Assembly: GCA_964291625.2 (NCBI GenBank)
Contig: OZ220089.1
Location: 1,856,001 to 1,920,000 of the forward strand
Reading direction: 5' to 3'
DNA from: Candidatus Latescibacterota bacterium
Lineage (GTDB): Bacteria > Latescibacterota > UBA2968 > UBA8231
Length of the DNA stretch: 64,000 nt
Shown here in pieces: positions 38,250 through 48,278 of the stretch; the first letter of the stretch is position 1; each line of letters starts with the position of its first letter. Both the position numbers and the translations under genes were made by a program. The notes beneath the pieces are model-generated. The model ran no database searches, was not told the DNA's origin, and saw nothing but the letters and a program-made list of their open reading frames with translations.

Positions 38250-38723
38250 TCAGTACCGATAGGGGATCAGGCACAGGCCCAGTTTCGCAAGCAGCAGGAT
38301 GACGATTGCGCTGCCCCAAATGAGGCTCCCGTCACGCACCTTCAGAAGCCAGTTGAGAAGTCCGCCCTTTATGGCAACACCCGACTTCGAGAGCAGGAAC
38401 AGTATGTCGGACAGAATGAGAATGCCCAGAACCAGGCCGGCAAGGTTTGAGAGGAAGGCCCCGCAATAGGACAGAAAGACAAAGAAAGTCGCCGCAGTCC
38501 ATCCACCGGGGACACGATCCAGATCCGAAAGCTCCACTCCCAGGCGCACAGCGGGCGACGCCCATGCCAATACGCCCGACCCGAAGATGTAGACCCCCAG
38601 CCAGCGCAGACTCTCGAGCTTGCAGCTTCGGCTCATCCTGATGCCGAAGATCAGGAGCAGAGCGCACAGGACGAGGGTGGGAGCCCAGGCAAGAACTGCA
38701 AGAATACCCAGGTACGGATCCAT
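38250..38723 (-). CDS. Hypothetical membrane protein (paralog B)
   Basis: Four hydrophobic segments, similar to 38757-39149; AAAGGAGG RBS. Confidence 0.65.
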   Translation of the reverse strand: MDPYLGILAVLAWAPTLVLCALLLIFGIRMSRSCKLESLRWLGVYIFGSGVLAWASPAVRLGVELSDLDRVPGGWTAATFFVFLSYCGAFLSNLAGLVLGILILSDILFLLSKSGVAIKGGLLNWLLKVRDGSLIWGSAIVILLLAKLGLCLIPYRY

Positions 38724-38756
38724 CTGTTCCCTCCTTTCAGGCGCGGCTCTTGGAGA

Positions 38757-39149
38757 TCAGGGGACCAGGACCAAAGCTGCGCTCGACAGCAGTAGTATGA
38801 GCATGACGATCCCCCAGGTGGTACTGCGTTCCCGCACCCTGATGAGCTTGTTCCACAGCCTGCCTTCCACTGCAATGTTGGCCTTCGAAAGCACGAACAG
38901 TACATCCGACAGAACCAGAATGGCCAGAACCAGTCTGGTCGCGTCATGCAAGAAGGCAGCCCAGAGGATGTCATGGACGTCGAGCGCCTTCCATACCACT
39001 TCCACTCCGAAAGATGCAACAATGTACAGGGCCAGCCAGGGCAGACTTACCAGCTCGTACCTCCGGTATGCCTCGACCCCGACGATCAGAAGCAGCACCC
39101 AGAGAGCCAGACGGGGAAGAAGCGCCACAAAGCCGAAGTCCATTCCCAT
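38757..39149 (-). CDS. Hypothetical membrane protein (paralog A)
   Basis: LVLAILVLSDVLFVLSK matches LVLGILILSDILFLLSK of the neighbour. Confidence 0.65.
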   Translation of the reverse strand: MGMDFGFVALLPRLALWVLLLIVGVEAYRRYELVSLPWLALYIVASFGVEVVWKALDVHDILWAAFLHDATRLVLAILVLSDVLFVLSKANIAVEGRLWNKLIRVRERSTTWGIVMLILLLSSAALVLVP

Positions 39150-39191
39150 CCTACTTGCTCACTTCCAGTTCAGAGGGGGCGTTCCGCTCAG

Positions 39192-39617
39192 TCACCTGAG
39201 ATCCACGATCGAGAAGTGATGACTCGCGATTTTGAACCCCTCGCGAAGATAGAACCTGTGGGCGGGAAACCGCTTAACGCCCGAATCCAGATGGATCTGC
39301 TCGCATCCACTCTCTCGGGCATGACACTTGAGCCAGTCCATCATGGCACGGCCCAGACCCGAGGATCGCCGCTCCGAGTCCGTGACCAGATCTTCGATGT
39401 ACATGTGCTTTCCCCAGGCCAGCCTGGTCTCGATCACGAATCCCGCGGCACAGACCGCCCGGCCATCCTCCTCGGCGTAGGCGATCCTGTACCCCCTCTC
39501 CTGCTGGGCCTCGATCTGCGAGACCATGCCGTCCAAGTCATAGCCGGATCGCAGCTGGAGCATCAGACTTCCGACGACCTCCAGCTCGGATCCGCCCTCC
39601 GCAATCCTGATTTCCAC
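39192..39617 (-). CDS. GNAT-family acetyltransferase
   Basis: YIEDLVTDSERRSSGLG and IHLDSGVKRFPAHRFYLREGF; GTG start after GGGGAG. Confidence 0.88.
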   Translation of the reverse strand: MEIRIAEGGSELEVVGSLMLQLRSGYDLDGMVSQIEAQQERGYRIAYAEEDGRAVCAAGFVIETRLAWGKHMYIEDLVTDSERRSSGLGRAMMDWLKCHARESGCEQIHLDSGVKRFPAHRFYLREGFKIASHHFSIVDLR

Positions 39618-39672
39618 TGGGTCTCCCCCTGGAGCTGGCTGCGGCCGGATCCCACACCTGCTCATGGCTTGC

Positions 39673-39966
39673 TCACAGTTGACAGGACTGGGGATGCTCC
39701 TTCAGGACCTCGGCACACAGCTTCTGGCACTCGCTGCAGATCGTGCCCGCGGCGCCACGCTTCGAGAGAATGGTGGGCACTTCGTCCAGCCCCCGATGAC
39801 AACACCGGCACGGCTCTTCGGCATTGATCTGCCAGCCGGGGGCGGCCTCTCCCGCTAGCACCCCACCGCACGCGGCCACGCAGTCACTGCAGATGTGCAC
39901 GGACCGGCCCGTAACGAGCAGGACGGAACCACCGACCGACTGCCCGCAGAACGAACATGGGTGCAT
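39673..39966 (-). CDS. Stand-alone tandem ClpX C4-type zinc-finger protein
   Basis: CSFCG...ICSDCVAAC and CRCC...ICSECQKLC. Confidence 0.72.
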   Translation of the reverse strand: MHPCSFCGQSVGGSVLLVTGRSVHICSDCVAACGGVLAGEAAPGWQINAEEPCRCCHRGLDEVPTILSKRGAAGTICSECQKLCAEVLKEHPQSCQL

Positions 39967-39973
39967 GTCGGAC

Positions 39974-41044
39974 CTACCCGTACACGGCCTGGATCATGGC
40001 ATTGATATAGCCGAAGCAGTAGGCGTAGGACTGGTAGTGGCCCTTCGGATCGTCCGCGGTGCGCGGGACGTGGTCGGGATCGATGCCGTAACAGTACCCG
40101 GTGTCCTTCAGGGCCTTCAGCACCAGGTGAAAGTCCATGTCTCCTTCGTCGGGCAGGGCCTCGCGGAAGCTGTACCGTCCCCCCAGCAGGTTGCGGTAGT
40201 GAACCAGGAAGATCGTATCGCGGCGGCCGAAGTACTCGATGATGGGGTAGATCTCAGTCGCCGGATCTTCCAGTCCTTCGGCGACGGAACCAACGCAGAA
40301 GTTCCACCCGTGATACGGACTGCGCTGTATCTCGATGAAACGCTTCATGCCCTCGAACTCGTTGAGGACCTTGTCCACGCCCCTGTACCCGAGGGGTACG
40401 GCAGGATCCTCCTGGGAGTTGCCCAGCCGAACCTTGAACTCCTCCGCCACGGGTATCATGCGATCGAGGAGATACTCGATCCGCTCCCAGTGCATCTCCG
40501 CGGTGACACGCCCCGCTTCGGTGAGCTTGGCCTGCTCTTCCGCCGGGATCTTCTCCAGGCGGAAGGCGGTGTGCATGTAGCCGCCGCGGCCTTCCTCCTG
40601 TTCCGTGCGGTCGATGTTCAGGATGCAGGTGTTGTAGCGGAGAGAGTCGATGCCGGCGCGTGAGGCGGTGCGGATCATTTCGCACACGAGGTCGATGTCG
40701 CGGTCCCGATCCGGGCTCTTCCCCCAGTAGATGATGCTGGGGAACTCCTGATATATGGGCAGCAGGCTCAGATCCAGTGACAGGCCGAAGGCCTCGTGGC
40801 GCTCTCTCTCCTGGATCAACTCCTCGAGGACCCAGCCCCGGCCGGGGTGGAAGGGGAAGTTGGCGGCCTTGTGGCGGACGCCGCAGCGCTGCAGGAAACG
40901 CAACTCCTCGTCCGTCGACCCGAAGCCCTGGGTGCGCACATACATGCGCTCCCCATTTCCCGATGTCTGCGATGCGCCTCCGGCGGCGGAAGCCGCAGCC
41001 TCACCGGCTGCGATGCCTCTCTCAAGTGGATCGGATGCCTTCAT
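39974..41044 (-). CDS. Mannonate dehydratase (UxuA)-family protein
   Basis: IPVAEEFKVRL, NFCVGSVAE, VHYRN, DEGDMD and IDPDHVP. Confidence 0.82.
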   Translation of the reverse strand: MKASDPLERGIAAGEAAASAAGGASQTSGNGERMYVRTQGFGSTDEELRFLQRCGVRHKAANFPFHPGRGWVLEELIQERERHEAFGLSLDLSLLPIYQEFPSIIYWGKSPDRDRDIDLVCEMIRTASRAGIDSLRYNTCILNIDRTEQEEGRGGYMHTAFRLEKIPAEEQAKLTEAGRVTAEMHWERIEYLLDRMIPVAEEFKVRLGNSQEDPAVPLGYRGVDKVLNEFEGMKRFIEIQRSPYHGWNFCVGSVAEGLEDPATEIYPIIEYFGRRDTIFLVHYRNLLGGRYSFREALPDEGDMDFHLVLKALKDTGYCYGIDPDHVPRTADDPKGHYQSYAYCFGYINAMIQAVYG

Positions 41045-41127
41045 TTCTGGTCCTTTCGTCTGATTTGGCGTTTTCTGGTGAGAACGGGAGACCGACGCGG
41101 GATCCGCTCGGCAGAGGCGTATTTCGC

Positions 41128-41544
41128 CTACTCCGCGTCGTGCCTGCAGGACCGGGACCGGCAGAGCATGTAGTTGCGGGTGTGGGCGACGACGAGCAGG
41201 GCTGCGGACCCCAGGGTCGCAAGCCGCTCCCCCAGCTCTCCAACCAGGTCGTGCAATACCAGGCCCGATAGGACAATGCCCGTGAGACCTAGCGCTCCGA
41301 AGAGGACCATCCATCGGTCCCTGTGCCGCCAGCAGCCAAGGGAGAAAGCCAGCACGGCAGAAGGCACAAGGAACCACAACATCAGGCGATGGAAGGCTTC
41401 ATCCTCAAGGAATACAGTGGGCACCGCGGCCCCGAGAACGAGAAGGGTGGGCATGGCGATACAGTGGACAGCGCAGACACTCGCGCCCAGCATTCCGATG
41501 CCGTCCGCTACGGTCCTGACATCCAGTGCAAGGGTTCGCTTCAT
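41128..41544 (-). CDS. MerC-domain membrane protein
   Basis: DGIGMLGASVCAVHCIAMP, EAFH and LVVAHTRN; RBS GAGGA. Confidence 0.85.
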   Translation of the reverse strand: MKRTLALDVRTVADGIGMLGASVCAVHCIAMPTLLVLGAAVPTVFLEDEAFHRLMLWFLVPSAVLAFSLGCWRHRDRWMVLFGALGLTGIVLSGLVLHDLVGELGERLATLGSAALLVVAHTRNYMLCRSRSCRHDAE

Positions 41545-41697
41545 CCGATCTTCCTCTTGGCCAGGTGGGATATCCGACTCGAAGGTATGTGCAGGTGTAG
41601 AGAGCCGCAAAGGTGGACCCCGACGATCGATCCGGTTCCGCAGAGGCCTTCGCCTTGGCCTACACGAATACTGAGGGCGAGACGCCGAATCGCCTTG

Positions 41698-41864
41698 ATG
41701 CTGTTCCTCCCAGGCGTGGACAACGGCACCAAGCGTGTCGAGCAGAGAATAGAGCGGATGCTGCTCATCAGTGCCGACTTCATCGATCAGGCCGTTGAGC
41801 CGATCCAGGGCCAAGTCGTATTCCTCTCGTTCTCAATCTTGAGCAACGCGCTCACTCGCTTCCA
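41698..41864 (-). pseudogene. Frameshifted, truncated HigA-type HTH antitoxin (N-terminal fragment)
   Basis: WKRVSALLKIENE / EYDLALDRLNGLIDEVGTDEQHPLYSLLDTLGAVVHAWEEQH, split by a 1-nt shift near 41825. No HTH follows. Confidence 0.65.
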
Positions 41865-42013
41865 GGGTCGGAGGTACTCCGGCAGCCCGCGGATCAAGAT
41901 TCCACTCGCCCCGTTGCTGGACCCTTACGATCGATCCTGTTAGGTTGCGCACCCCCGCCCACCGGCGCCGGGCCGGCCATGGCGCCGCCAGATCATGAAA
42001 GGATACGAACACC

Positions 42014-42817
42014 ATGAGCACTTCAGCGTCCACAGAGCAGTCCTGCCTCGCCAACCAGCCCCCCGACGACGCCGTCATCGACGACTGGGTCCAGCGCTTT
42101 CACCGCGAGGGCTGCCTCTTCCTGCGCAACGTGCTGCCGCCGGACTGGTGCGCCGAGCTGCGCCGCGACCTCGAGAGCGCTCTGGGCCGCCCCGAGGCGG
42201 GGACCGGGAAGCAGCTCCACCCCCGCATGTTCGAGACCAGCGAGGCCAACCTGCGGCTCTTCGACCTGGAGCCGATCGTCACCTTCGCCGAGCGCCTGGT
42301 GGCGCCGGACTGCCACGTGATGCACAACAACAGCTTCCGTACCCCGACCGGCGGCGGCATCAGCAGCTGGCACCAGGACGACGCCCCCCATTTCGAGGTC
42401 ACCCACGGGGAACCGCCTGACAACGTCCATCTGCCGGTGCTGCTCTTCACCTGCAACTACTACCTCACCGACGTCGACACCGTGGAGCACGGGCCCACCC
42501 AGACGGTGCCGCGCTCACACCTGTTCGGCGCCGGGCCGCCGAACCCGATCGAGGGCAGCGGTTACGAGGACCGGGTGGTCTCCAACGTCGGCCCGGCGGG
42601 GAGCGTGATCATGTTCAACAACCAGGTCTGGCACCGGGGCGCTCCCAACCAGAGCGACCGCACCCGCTACATCACCCAGATCAGCTATGCCCGGCGCCTG
42701 ATCGGGCACAAGTACCATCCCTTCATGAACTACCAGATGCCGGAGCACGTGTACGCCGGCGCCGACGACCGGCGCCGCCGTCTGCTCGGCTTCCTGCCGA
42801 GCGGCGCCTACGGGTAG
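42014..42817 (+). CDS. Phytanoyl-CoA dioxygenase-family (Fe/2OG) protein
   Basis: WHQD, GPTQTVPRSH and WHRGAPNQSDRTR. Confidence 0.9.
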   Translation: MSTSASTEQSCLANQPPDDAVIDDWVQRFHREGCLFLRNVLPPDWCAELRRDLESALGRPEAGTGKQLHPRMFETSEANLRLFDLEPIVTFAERLVAPDCHVMHNNSFRTPTGGGISSWHQDDAPHFEVTHGEPPDNVHLPVLLFTCNYYLTDVDTVEHGPTQTVPRSHLFGAGPPNPIEGSGYEDRVVSNVGPAGSVIMFNNQVWHRGAPNQSDRTRYITQISYARRLIGHKYHPFMNYQMPEHVYAGADDRRRRLLGFLPSGAYG

Positions 42818-42819
42818 GC

Positions 42820-43224
42820 CTACTGCATCGGAGAGCAGGCCCCCGGCGTCAGGATGACCGCGCGCTCCTCGGCGACGATGGCGCCGTGGCGCTCCTCGCT
42901 CTCGGCGCGGAGGGCGTGCCACTCGGGGTCGGCGACAAACCGCCGCCAGACGGCGTCGCGCTCCTCGAGGCTGTCGAAGGAGACGATGTAGGCGACCTCG
43001 TCCCGCCCGAACCGGGTGCCCTCCGCCGGCAGCACGATGCCTCCGGCCGAGTGCTCGGCCACCGCCTCCGCCGGAACCTCGCCGATCTCGAAGAAGCCGT
43101 GGAGCTTCACGCCGTGCTTTTCGAAGCAGCGGGCGCTGCCCTCCTCGAAGCGCTTCCGGAAGGCTTCCAGCTTGCCGGGGTGCAGCTTGTAGGTGCGGAA
43201 CTCGTAGATCCGTCCCATGCTCAT
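42820..43224 (-). CDS. NIPSNAP-family protein
   Basis: IYEFRTYKLHPGK...FDSLEERDAVWRRFVADPEW...SPMQ. Confidence 0.85.
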   Translation of the reverse strand: MSMGRIYEFRTYKLHPGKLEAFRKRFEEGSARCFEKHGVKLHGFFEIGEVPAEAVAEHSAGGIVLPAEGTRFGRDEVAYIVSFDSLEERDAVWRRFVADPEWHALRAESEERHGAIVAEERAVILTPGACSPMQ

Positions 43225-44291
43225 GCCGCCGCCGGGGAACGCCAGCTGATCTCGGGCAGGTCCGCGGTAACCTCCGCGAGCCGGGCCAGCTCGTCCTCGG
43301 AGAGCGGACCCTGCGAGGCGGCGGCCACGTTCTCCTCGATCTCGGCGATGCTGCGGATCCCGGAGACGATCGACGAGACCGCCGGGTTGGAGAGGGCGAA
43401 GCGGATGCCGAGCCGGCGCAGGCCGGCGGACCCGCCCCCGGCGAACTCCTGGAGCCTGCGGGCCCCCTCGAGGATCCGTTCGGTCTCGTGCAGCCCCGGG
43501 TCGCCCTTCTCGTAGAAGCGCTCGGTCGCCGTCAGGGACCGACAGGCCGCGTCTCCCGACAGCAGGCCGCCGTGGAAGACGCCGGCGAGCAGAACCCCCA
43601 CGTCTCGCTCCGCCGCCACCGGCAGGAACTCCTTCTCCGCGTCCCGGACCAGCAGGTTGTGGGTGTTGTAAGTGAGGGCCACGTCGAACAGCCCCGTGCG
43701 GACGGCCTCGGTCAGCTCCGGCAGCATGCCGCTGACCCCGTGGAAGCGGATCTTGCCGGCCGCCTTCAGCCGCTCCAGGGCCTCGACCATGCCGGAGTTG
43801 ATGATCCGCTCGACCGCCCCGGCCCCCTCTCCGTACTGGTCGACGCTGTGGATGAGGAGGATGTCGATCTCGTCGATCTGCAGCCGGGCGAGGCTGGCTT
43901 CGGCCTGGGCGGCGATCTCCTCGGTCCGCAGAGCCTCGCCGTCGCCCATGCTGCCGCAGACGCCGGTCTTGGTGCACACCACCCAGTTCCTCCGATGGGC
44001 GGGGTCCCTCAGGTAGTGGCCGAAGACCTCCTCGCTGCGGCCGTAGGAAGGGGCCGTGTCGAGGAGGTTCACGCCCAGTTCCTCGGCGCGCGCCATGGTG
44101 CGGGCGAATCCCTCGGGCGCCACCTCGAAGTGGGGGTTGCCGCGGTAGGTGCCCGTTGGCCGGCCCGGCTCATGCGGGGAGGTGCCGTCGGCGGCGACCG
44201 GGCCGTACTTGCCCATGGGGCCGATCCCCCCGATGGCGATCTCGCTGACCTTCAGGCCGGTCCGGCCCAGGGCTCGTTGTTGCATGGACAT
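43221..44291 (-). CDS. Aldo/keto reductase
   Basis: LGRTGLKVSEI, LDTAPSYGRSE, IDILLIH and GKIRFHGVS. Confidence 0.92.
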   Translation of the reverse strand: MSMQQRALGRTGLKVSEIAIGGIGPMGKYGPVAADGTSPHEPGRPTGTYRGNPHFEVAPEGFARTMARAEELGVNLLDTAPSYGRSEEVFGHYLRDPAHRRNWVVCTKTGVCGSMGDGEALRTEEIAAQAEASLARLQIDEIDILLIHSVDQYGEGAGAVERIINSGMVEALERLKAAGKIRFHGVSGMLPELTEAVRTGLFDVALTYNTHNLLVRDAEKEFLPVAAERDVGVLLAGVFHGGLLSGDAACRSLTATERFYEKGDPGLHETERILEGARRLQEFAGGGSAGLRRLGIRFALSNPAVSSIVSGIRSIAEIEENVAAASQGPLSEDELARLAEVTADLPEISWRSPAAA

Positions 44292-44325
44292 CCTCCCGAA
44301 GTCGATGGCTTATGGCTTCTGTGAT

Positions 44326-45908
44326 CTACTCGCCTGGGGCGTCAGGGTCGCCCCCGGCTGAAGCGGAGCCGCCGCGGGCCTCTAGCAGCTCCATGATGCC
44401 CCACGACGCCTGCAGGATCACCTCCCAGGTGACGGAATCGGCCACGAGGTCGTCCAGGCTGACTCCCCCGTGGTGGTAGACCGCCATCCCCCCCCAGAGG
44501 GCGTCGTCCCGCAGACTCTGCACGTGAACGGCGATCTTCCACGCCCTCTTGATCTCCTCAACTCGCCATATCAGCCGCCACTCCGGTGGATCGGTACCGG
44601 CCAGGACGCCGGCGGCCTCCATCTTCTTCTTCATGTAGGTGTCGACCAGGTGCCTGGAGAGGGGGCCGAGCCATGGCGCGTGCGTCTCGGGATTCCACCC
44701 CGGATCCAGGTCCTCCACCAGAAGCGCAGCGCGGCATGACCTTCCGGCGGCACGGGGGCGTGCTCGAAGACCGAGATCCGCACCAGCTCCGGCTCCCAGG
44801 AGACGGGCTCCGGCACCTCGAACCGGTCCGCCGTCAGGCCCGTGTTCAACTCCGTGTGCCACTGGTATCCGGTGATCGTGGGGGTTCCCCTGCACGGAAG
44901 GACGGGTTCGGTAACCCAGACCACGAAGGGGGTCAACACCCCCCGGCTTTCCCGGTACTCCCGGTAGGTGGTCCTGCGGCAACCCTCCACCTCGGCGTAC
45001 AGCAGGCCGTTTTCCTGGTCGAAGTAGGCGAGACGCTGGCGGCCGAACTTGGTGTCGATGACGCGCACCGCCTCCAGGGTCGGGAAGTGCAACTCCCGCC
45101 GGCCCACGTACTCCGCGATCACGCCGTCGCCGCGGAACCGCGTGAGGAAGTCCCAGCGCTCGGCGCTGTGCCTCTCGTCCCGGGGGGGAATGAGAAGTCC
45201 ATGGTACAGGTACCAGCTCTGCCGGCCGTCGTATCCGCGCGCCAGCCGGGGCCGGAGATCCAGGCGGTAGCGCTGGCCGCGTAGGTAGGATCTGACCTCG
45301 ATCCCCTCCCAGATACTGCGCCGGCCGTTCCACTGCTCGACCTCGATGCGCTTGTCCCGGATCGCCTGCAGCCGCTCGAGACCCCCCATGGCCTCGATGG
45401 CGCGGGCGATGATCTCCTGGGCCCGGCTGCGCCGCCGGCCGGCCTCGGAAGTGATGTCGGCCAGGGGCAGCACCCGGATGCGGCGGCCGTGCAGCTCCAC
45501 GAGCTTGCGGCGGTAGAGGTCGGTGAGGGCGTCTTCGTAGGAGAGGGTGTCCCGCAGAATGTCGGGTCCCGCCCCGGAATCGTCCTCCAGCCCCGGTTCC
45601 GGGGCGAGGTCCTCCGGCACGACCGCCGGCGGGGCCGCCGCCACCTCGGGCAGGGGCGCCTCCATCATCAGCTCGGCCAGGCGGAGCTGCTCCATCACCA
45701 CCTCGGGCACCGAGGCGCGCGGCTCGGGCTGGAAGCGTTGCGCCTCCAGGGCCGGGGCCAGCTCGAAGCGCGCCGGGCGCAGCACCCTCAGCACCCTCAG
45801 CACCCGCTCTGCCGCCCAGCGCTGGTAGGCCCACAGGAAGAGCATGTGCACCACCAGCGACGCCAGCAGGCACAGCAGCACGCGGCGGTTGCGGAAGAAG
45901 CGGATCAT
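44326..45908 (-). pseudogene. Array paralog 1 (TonB-like anchor / LolA-like / variable C-terminus); frameshifted near 44724
   Basis: Collinear with paralogs 2-4. One G is missing at ~44724 (GAAGCG versus GAAGGCG in paralog 3), and the C-terminal domain continues in another frame to the stop at 44326. Confidence 0.8.
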
Positions 45909-46121
45909 CGTCCGGCGTCCATGGTCCCGCGCCCCGTGGCCCCCGCGTTCCGGGCCGGAACTTCCTGCCCCTCCGGAGTCGCGCTGTCGGTGGTGCCTTC
46001 TGCATACGCAACGGACCGCGGCCGGGGCTCTGCAAACCGCGCCCGGGATCACGGCCGTCTTCCGGCCCACATGTCGCGGAGGCCCTGTCGCTACACGGCC
46101 CCAGGGCGCAACTTTGCCGGC

Positions 46122-46709
46122 ATGAACAACACCAACCTGCAGGCGATCCTCTTCGACATGGACGGCACCCTGACCGTCCCCCACATCGACTGGAAATCCC
46201 TGCGCGCCCGCGTCGGCGTGCCCGAGGGCGCCGGCATCATGGAGTACATCTACGGGCTGCCGCCGGACGAGGCCGGGCGCGCCGAGGGCATGGTCCTCGA
46301 GACCGAGTTGGAGGCGGCCGCGGCAGCGGTCCCCAACGAGGGGCTTGCGGAGCTCTTCGAGGGACTGGACCGCTCGCCCCTGATGCGCGCCCTGATCACC
46401 AACAACCACCGCGAGGCCATGGAGCGAGTGGTGGCGGCCTTCGGGCTGAGCTTCGACGTGATGCTCTGCCGGGAGGACGGACTGCTGAAGCCGGCCCCGG
46501 ACCTGCTGTGGCTGGCCCTGGAGCGGCTCGGCGTGGCCTCCGCCGACGCGGTCTTCGTCGGCGACGGGCGCTACGACCGCATGGCCTCGGAGGCGGCGGG
46601 CGTCCCCTACGTGCATCTGGACAACCACGGGGACGGCGAGGACGGGGACGGCCTGGTGATCTACTCGCTGCCGGAGCTGCTGCCGGCGCTCGGAGTCGAC
46701 GCCGGCTGA
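46122..46709 (+). CDS. HAD-family hydrolase
   Basis: ILFDMDGTL, LITNN, KPAPD and VFVGDGRYD. Confidence 0.92.
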   Translation: MNNTNLQAILFDMDGTLTVPHIDWKSLRARVGVPEGAGIMEYIYGLPPDEAGRAEGMVLETELEAAAAAVPNEGLAELFEGLDRSPLMRALITNNHREAMERVVAAFGLSFDVMLCREDGLLKPAPDLLWLALERLGVASADAVFVGDGRYDRMASEAAGVPYVHLDNHGDGEDGDGLVIYSLPELLPALGVDAG

Positions 46710-48250
46710 GCCGCGGCGGTGCGGGCATCGAGGAGCTCCTTGATGCCCGCCGATGCCCGCGAGATCCCCTCGAAGGTCAGGTGATCGGCCGCCTGGTCGT
46801 CGATGGCAGCGCCGCGGACCCTCCAGCGGTCCTTCACCTCCCCTTCCCACAGGCCCTCGTCAGTCAGGCTCTGCACTCGCACGGCGAACACGATCGTGGC
46901 CACCGGCGGGCCCCCATCCAGCCCGGGCACCACCCAGAACCCCTCCACCCACCACGTCAGCCGCCACTCGGGTTCGGCCTCTGCCAGGACGCCGGACGCC
47001 TCCAGCTTCCTCTTCATGTAGGTCCGGAGCAAGTTGGTTGCGATGGGGTCGATCCAGGCCCGGCCCTCGAGATTGACCCCCGGGTCCAGTTCCTCCAACC
47101 GAAGGCTCAGCGCGGGGGGACCTCCCGGCGGCACGGGGGCGTGCTCGAAGACCACCATTCGCACCGCCTCCGGCTCCCAGGAGACGGGTTCCGGCACCTC
47201 GAAGAGGTCCGCCGTCAGGCCGGCGTTCAGCTCCGTGTGCCAGCGGTAGCGCTTGACCCCGACCAGGACCTCGAAGGGCGTCAACACCTCTCCGGTCTCC
47301 CGGTACTGCCTGTAGGTGGTCGTACGGCCGCCCTCCACCTCGGCGTGAAGCAGGCCGTCGTAGGGGTCGAAGTAGGCGAGACGCTGGCGGCCGAACTTCG
47401 TGTCGATGACGCGCACCGCCTCCAGAGGCCGGTATTGCATCCGCCGGCGGCCCACGTACTCGACGATCACGCCGTCGCCGCGGAACCGCGACAGGAAGTC
47501 CCAGCGCTCGGCGTTGTAGCTCTCGTCCCGGGGGGGCAGGAGCAGTCCGTAGCGCAGGTACCAGCTCTGCCGGCCGTCGTGTCCCCGGGCCACACCAGGA
47601 GCGGTGTCGACGCGGTAGCGCCGGCCGCGCAGGTAGGAGCGCACCCCGGCGGGGTACCAGCGTTGGTCCTTTCCGCTCCATACCTCGGCCCGAACCCTCT
47701 TGTCCCGGATCGCCTGCAACCTCTCGAGCCCGCCCATGGCCTCGATGGCGCGGCCGATGATCTCCCGGGCCCGGCGGCGCCGACGGCCGGCCTCGGAGGT
47801 GGCGTCGGCCAGGGGCAGCACCCGGATGCGGCGCCCGTGCAGCTCCACGAGCTTGCGCCGGTAGAGGTCGGTGAGGGCGCTGTCGTAGGAGAGGGTGTCC
47901 CCCGGCAGGACGGCGGGTCCCAGCCCGGGATCCGCCTCCAGGCCCGGCTGCGGCGCCAGGCCTTCCAGCCCCACCGATGGCACCGCCGCCGCCGCCTCGG
48001 GCAGGGGTGCCTCCATCATCAGTTCGGCGAGGCGGAGCTGCTCCATCACCACCTCGGGCACCGTGGCGCGCGGCGCCGGCTCGAAGCGTTGCGGCTCCAG
48101 CGACGGGGCCAGCTCGAACCGCGCCGGGCGCAGCACCCGCAGCACTCGTTCGGCCGCCCAACGCTGGTAGGCCCACAGGAAGAGCATGTGCACCGCCAGC
48201 GACGCCAGCAGGCACAGGACCACGCGGCGGTTGCGGAGGGAGCGGATCAT
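46661..48250 (-). CDS. Array paralog 2 (529 aa)
   Basis: Intact ORF; N-terminal TM with SLAVH, then IIGRAIEAMGGLERLQAIRD. Confidence 0.85.
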   Translation of the reverse strand: MIRSLRNRRVVLCLLASLAVHMLFLWAYQRWAAERVLRVLRPARFELAPSLEPQRFEPAPRATVPEVVMEQLRLAELMMEAPLPEAAAAVPSVGLEGLAPQPGLEADPGLGPAVLPGDTLSYDSALTDLYRRKLVELHGRRIRVLPLADATSEAGRRRRRAREIIGRAIEAMGGLERLQAIRDKRVRAEVWSGKDQRWYPAGVRSYLRGRRYRVDTAPGVARGHDGRQSWYLRYGLLLPPRDESYNAERWDFLSRFRGDGVIVEYVGRRRMQYRPLEAVRVIDTKFGRQRLAYFDPYDGLLHAEVEGGRTTTYRQYRETGEVLTPFEVLVGVKRYRWHTELNAGLTADLFEVPEPVSWEPEAVRMVVFEHAPVPPGGPPALSLRLEELDPGVNLEGRAWIDPIATNLLRTYMKRKLEASGVLAEAEPEWRLTWWVEGFWVVPGLDGGPPVATIVFAVRVQSLTDEGLWEGEVKDRWRVRGAAIDDQAADHLTFEGISRASAGIKELLDARTAAAQPASTPSAGSSSGSE

Positions 48251-48278
48251 CGTGGTCCGGGGACGGAGGCCGCGTGAT

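Noticed and set aside
38250-41870. Run of short lower-GC co-oriented genes as an integron cassette array
   Set aside because: Spacers are mostly 7-83 nt, I see no attC-like RYYYAAC...GTTRRRY inverted repeats, and there is no intI.
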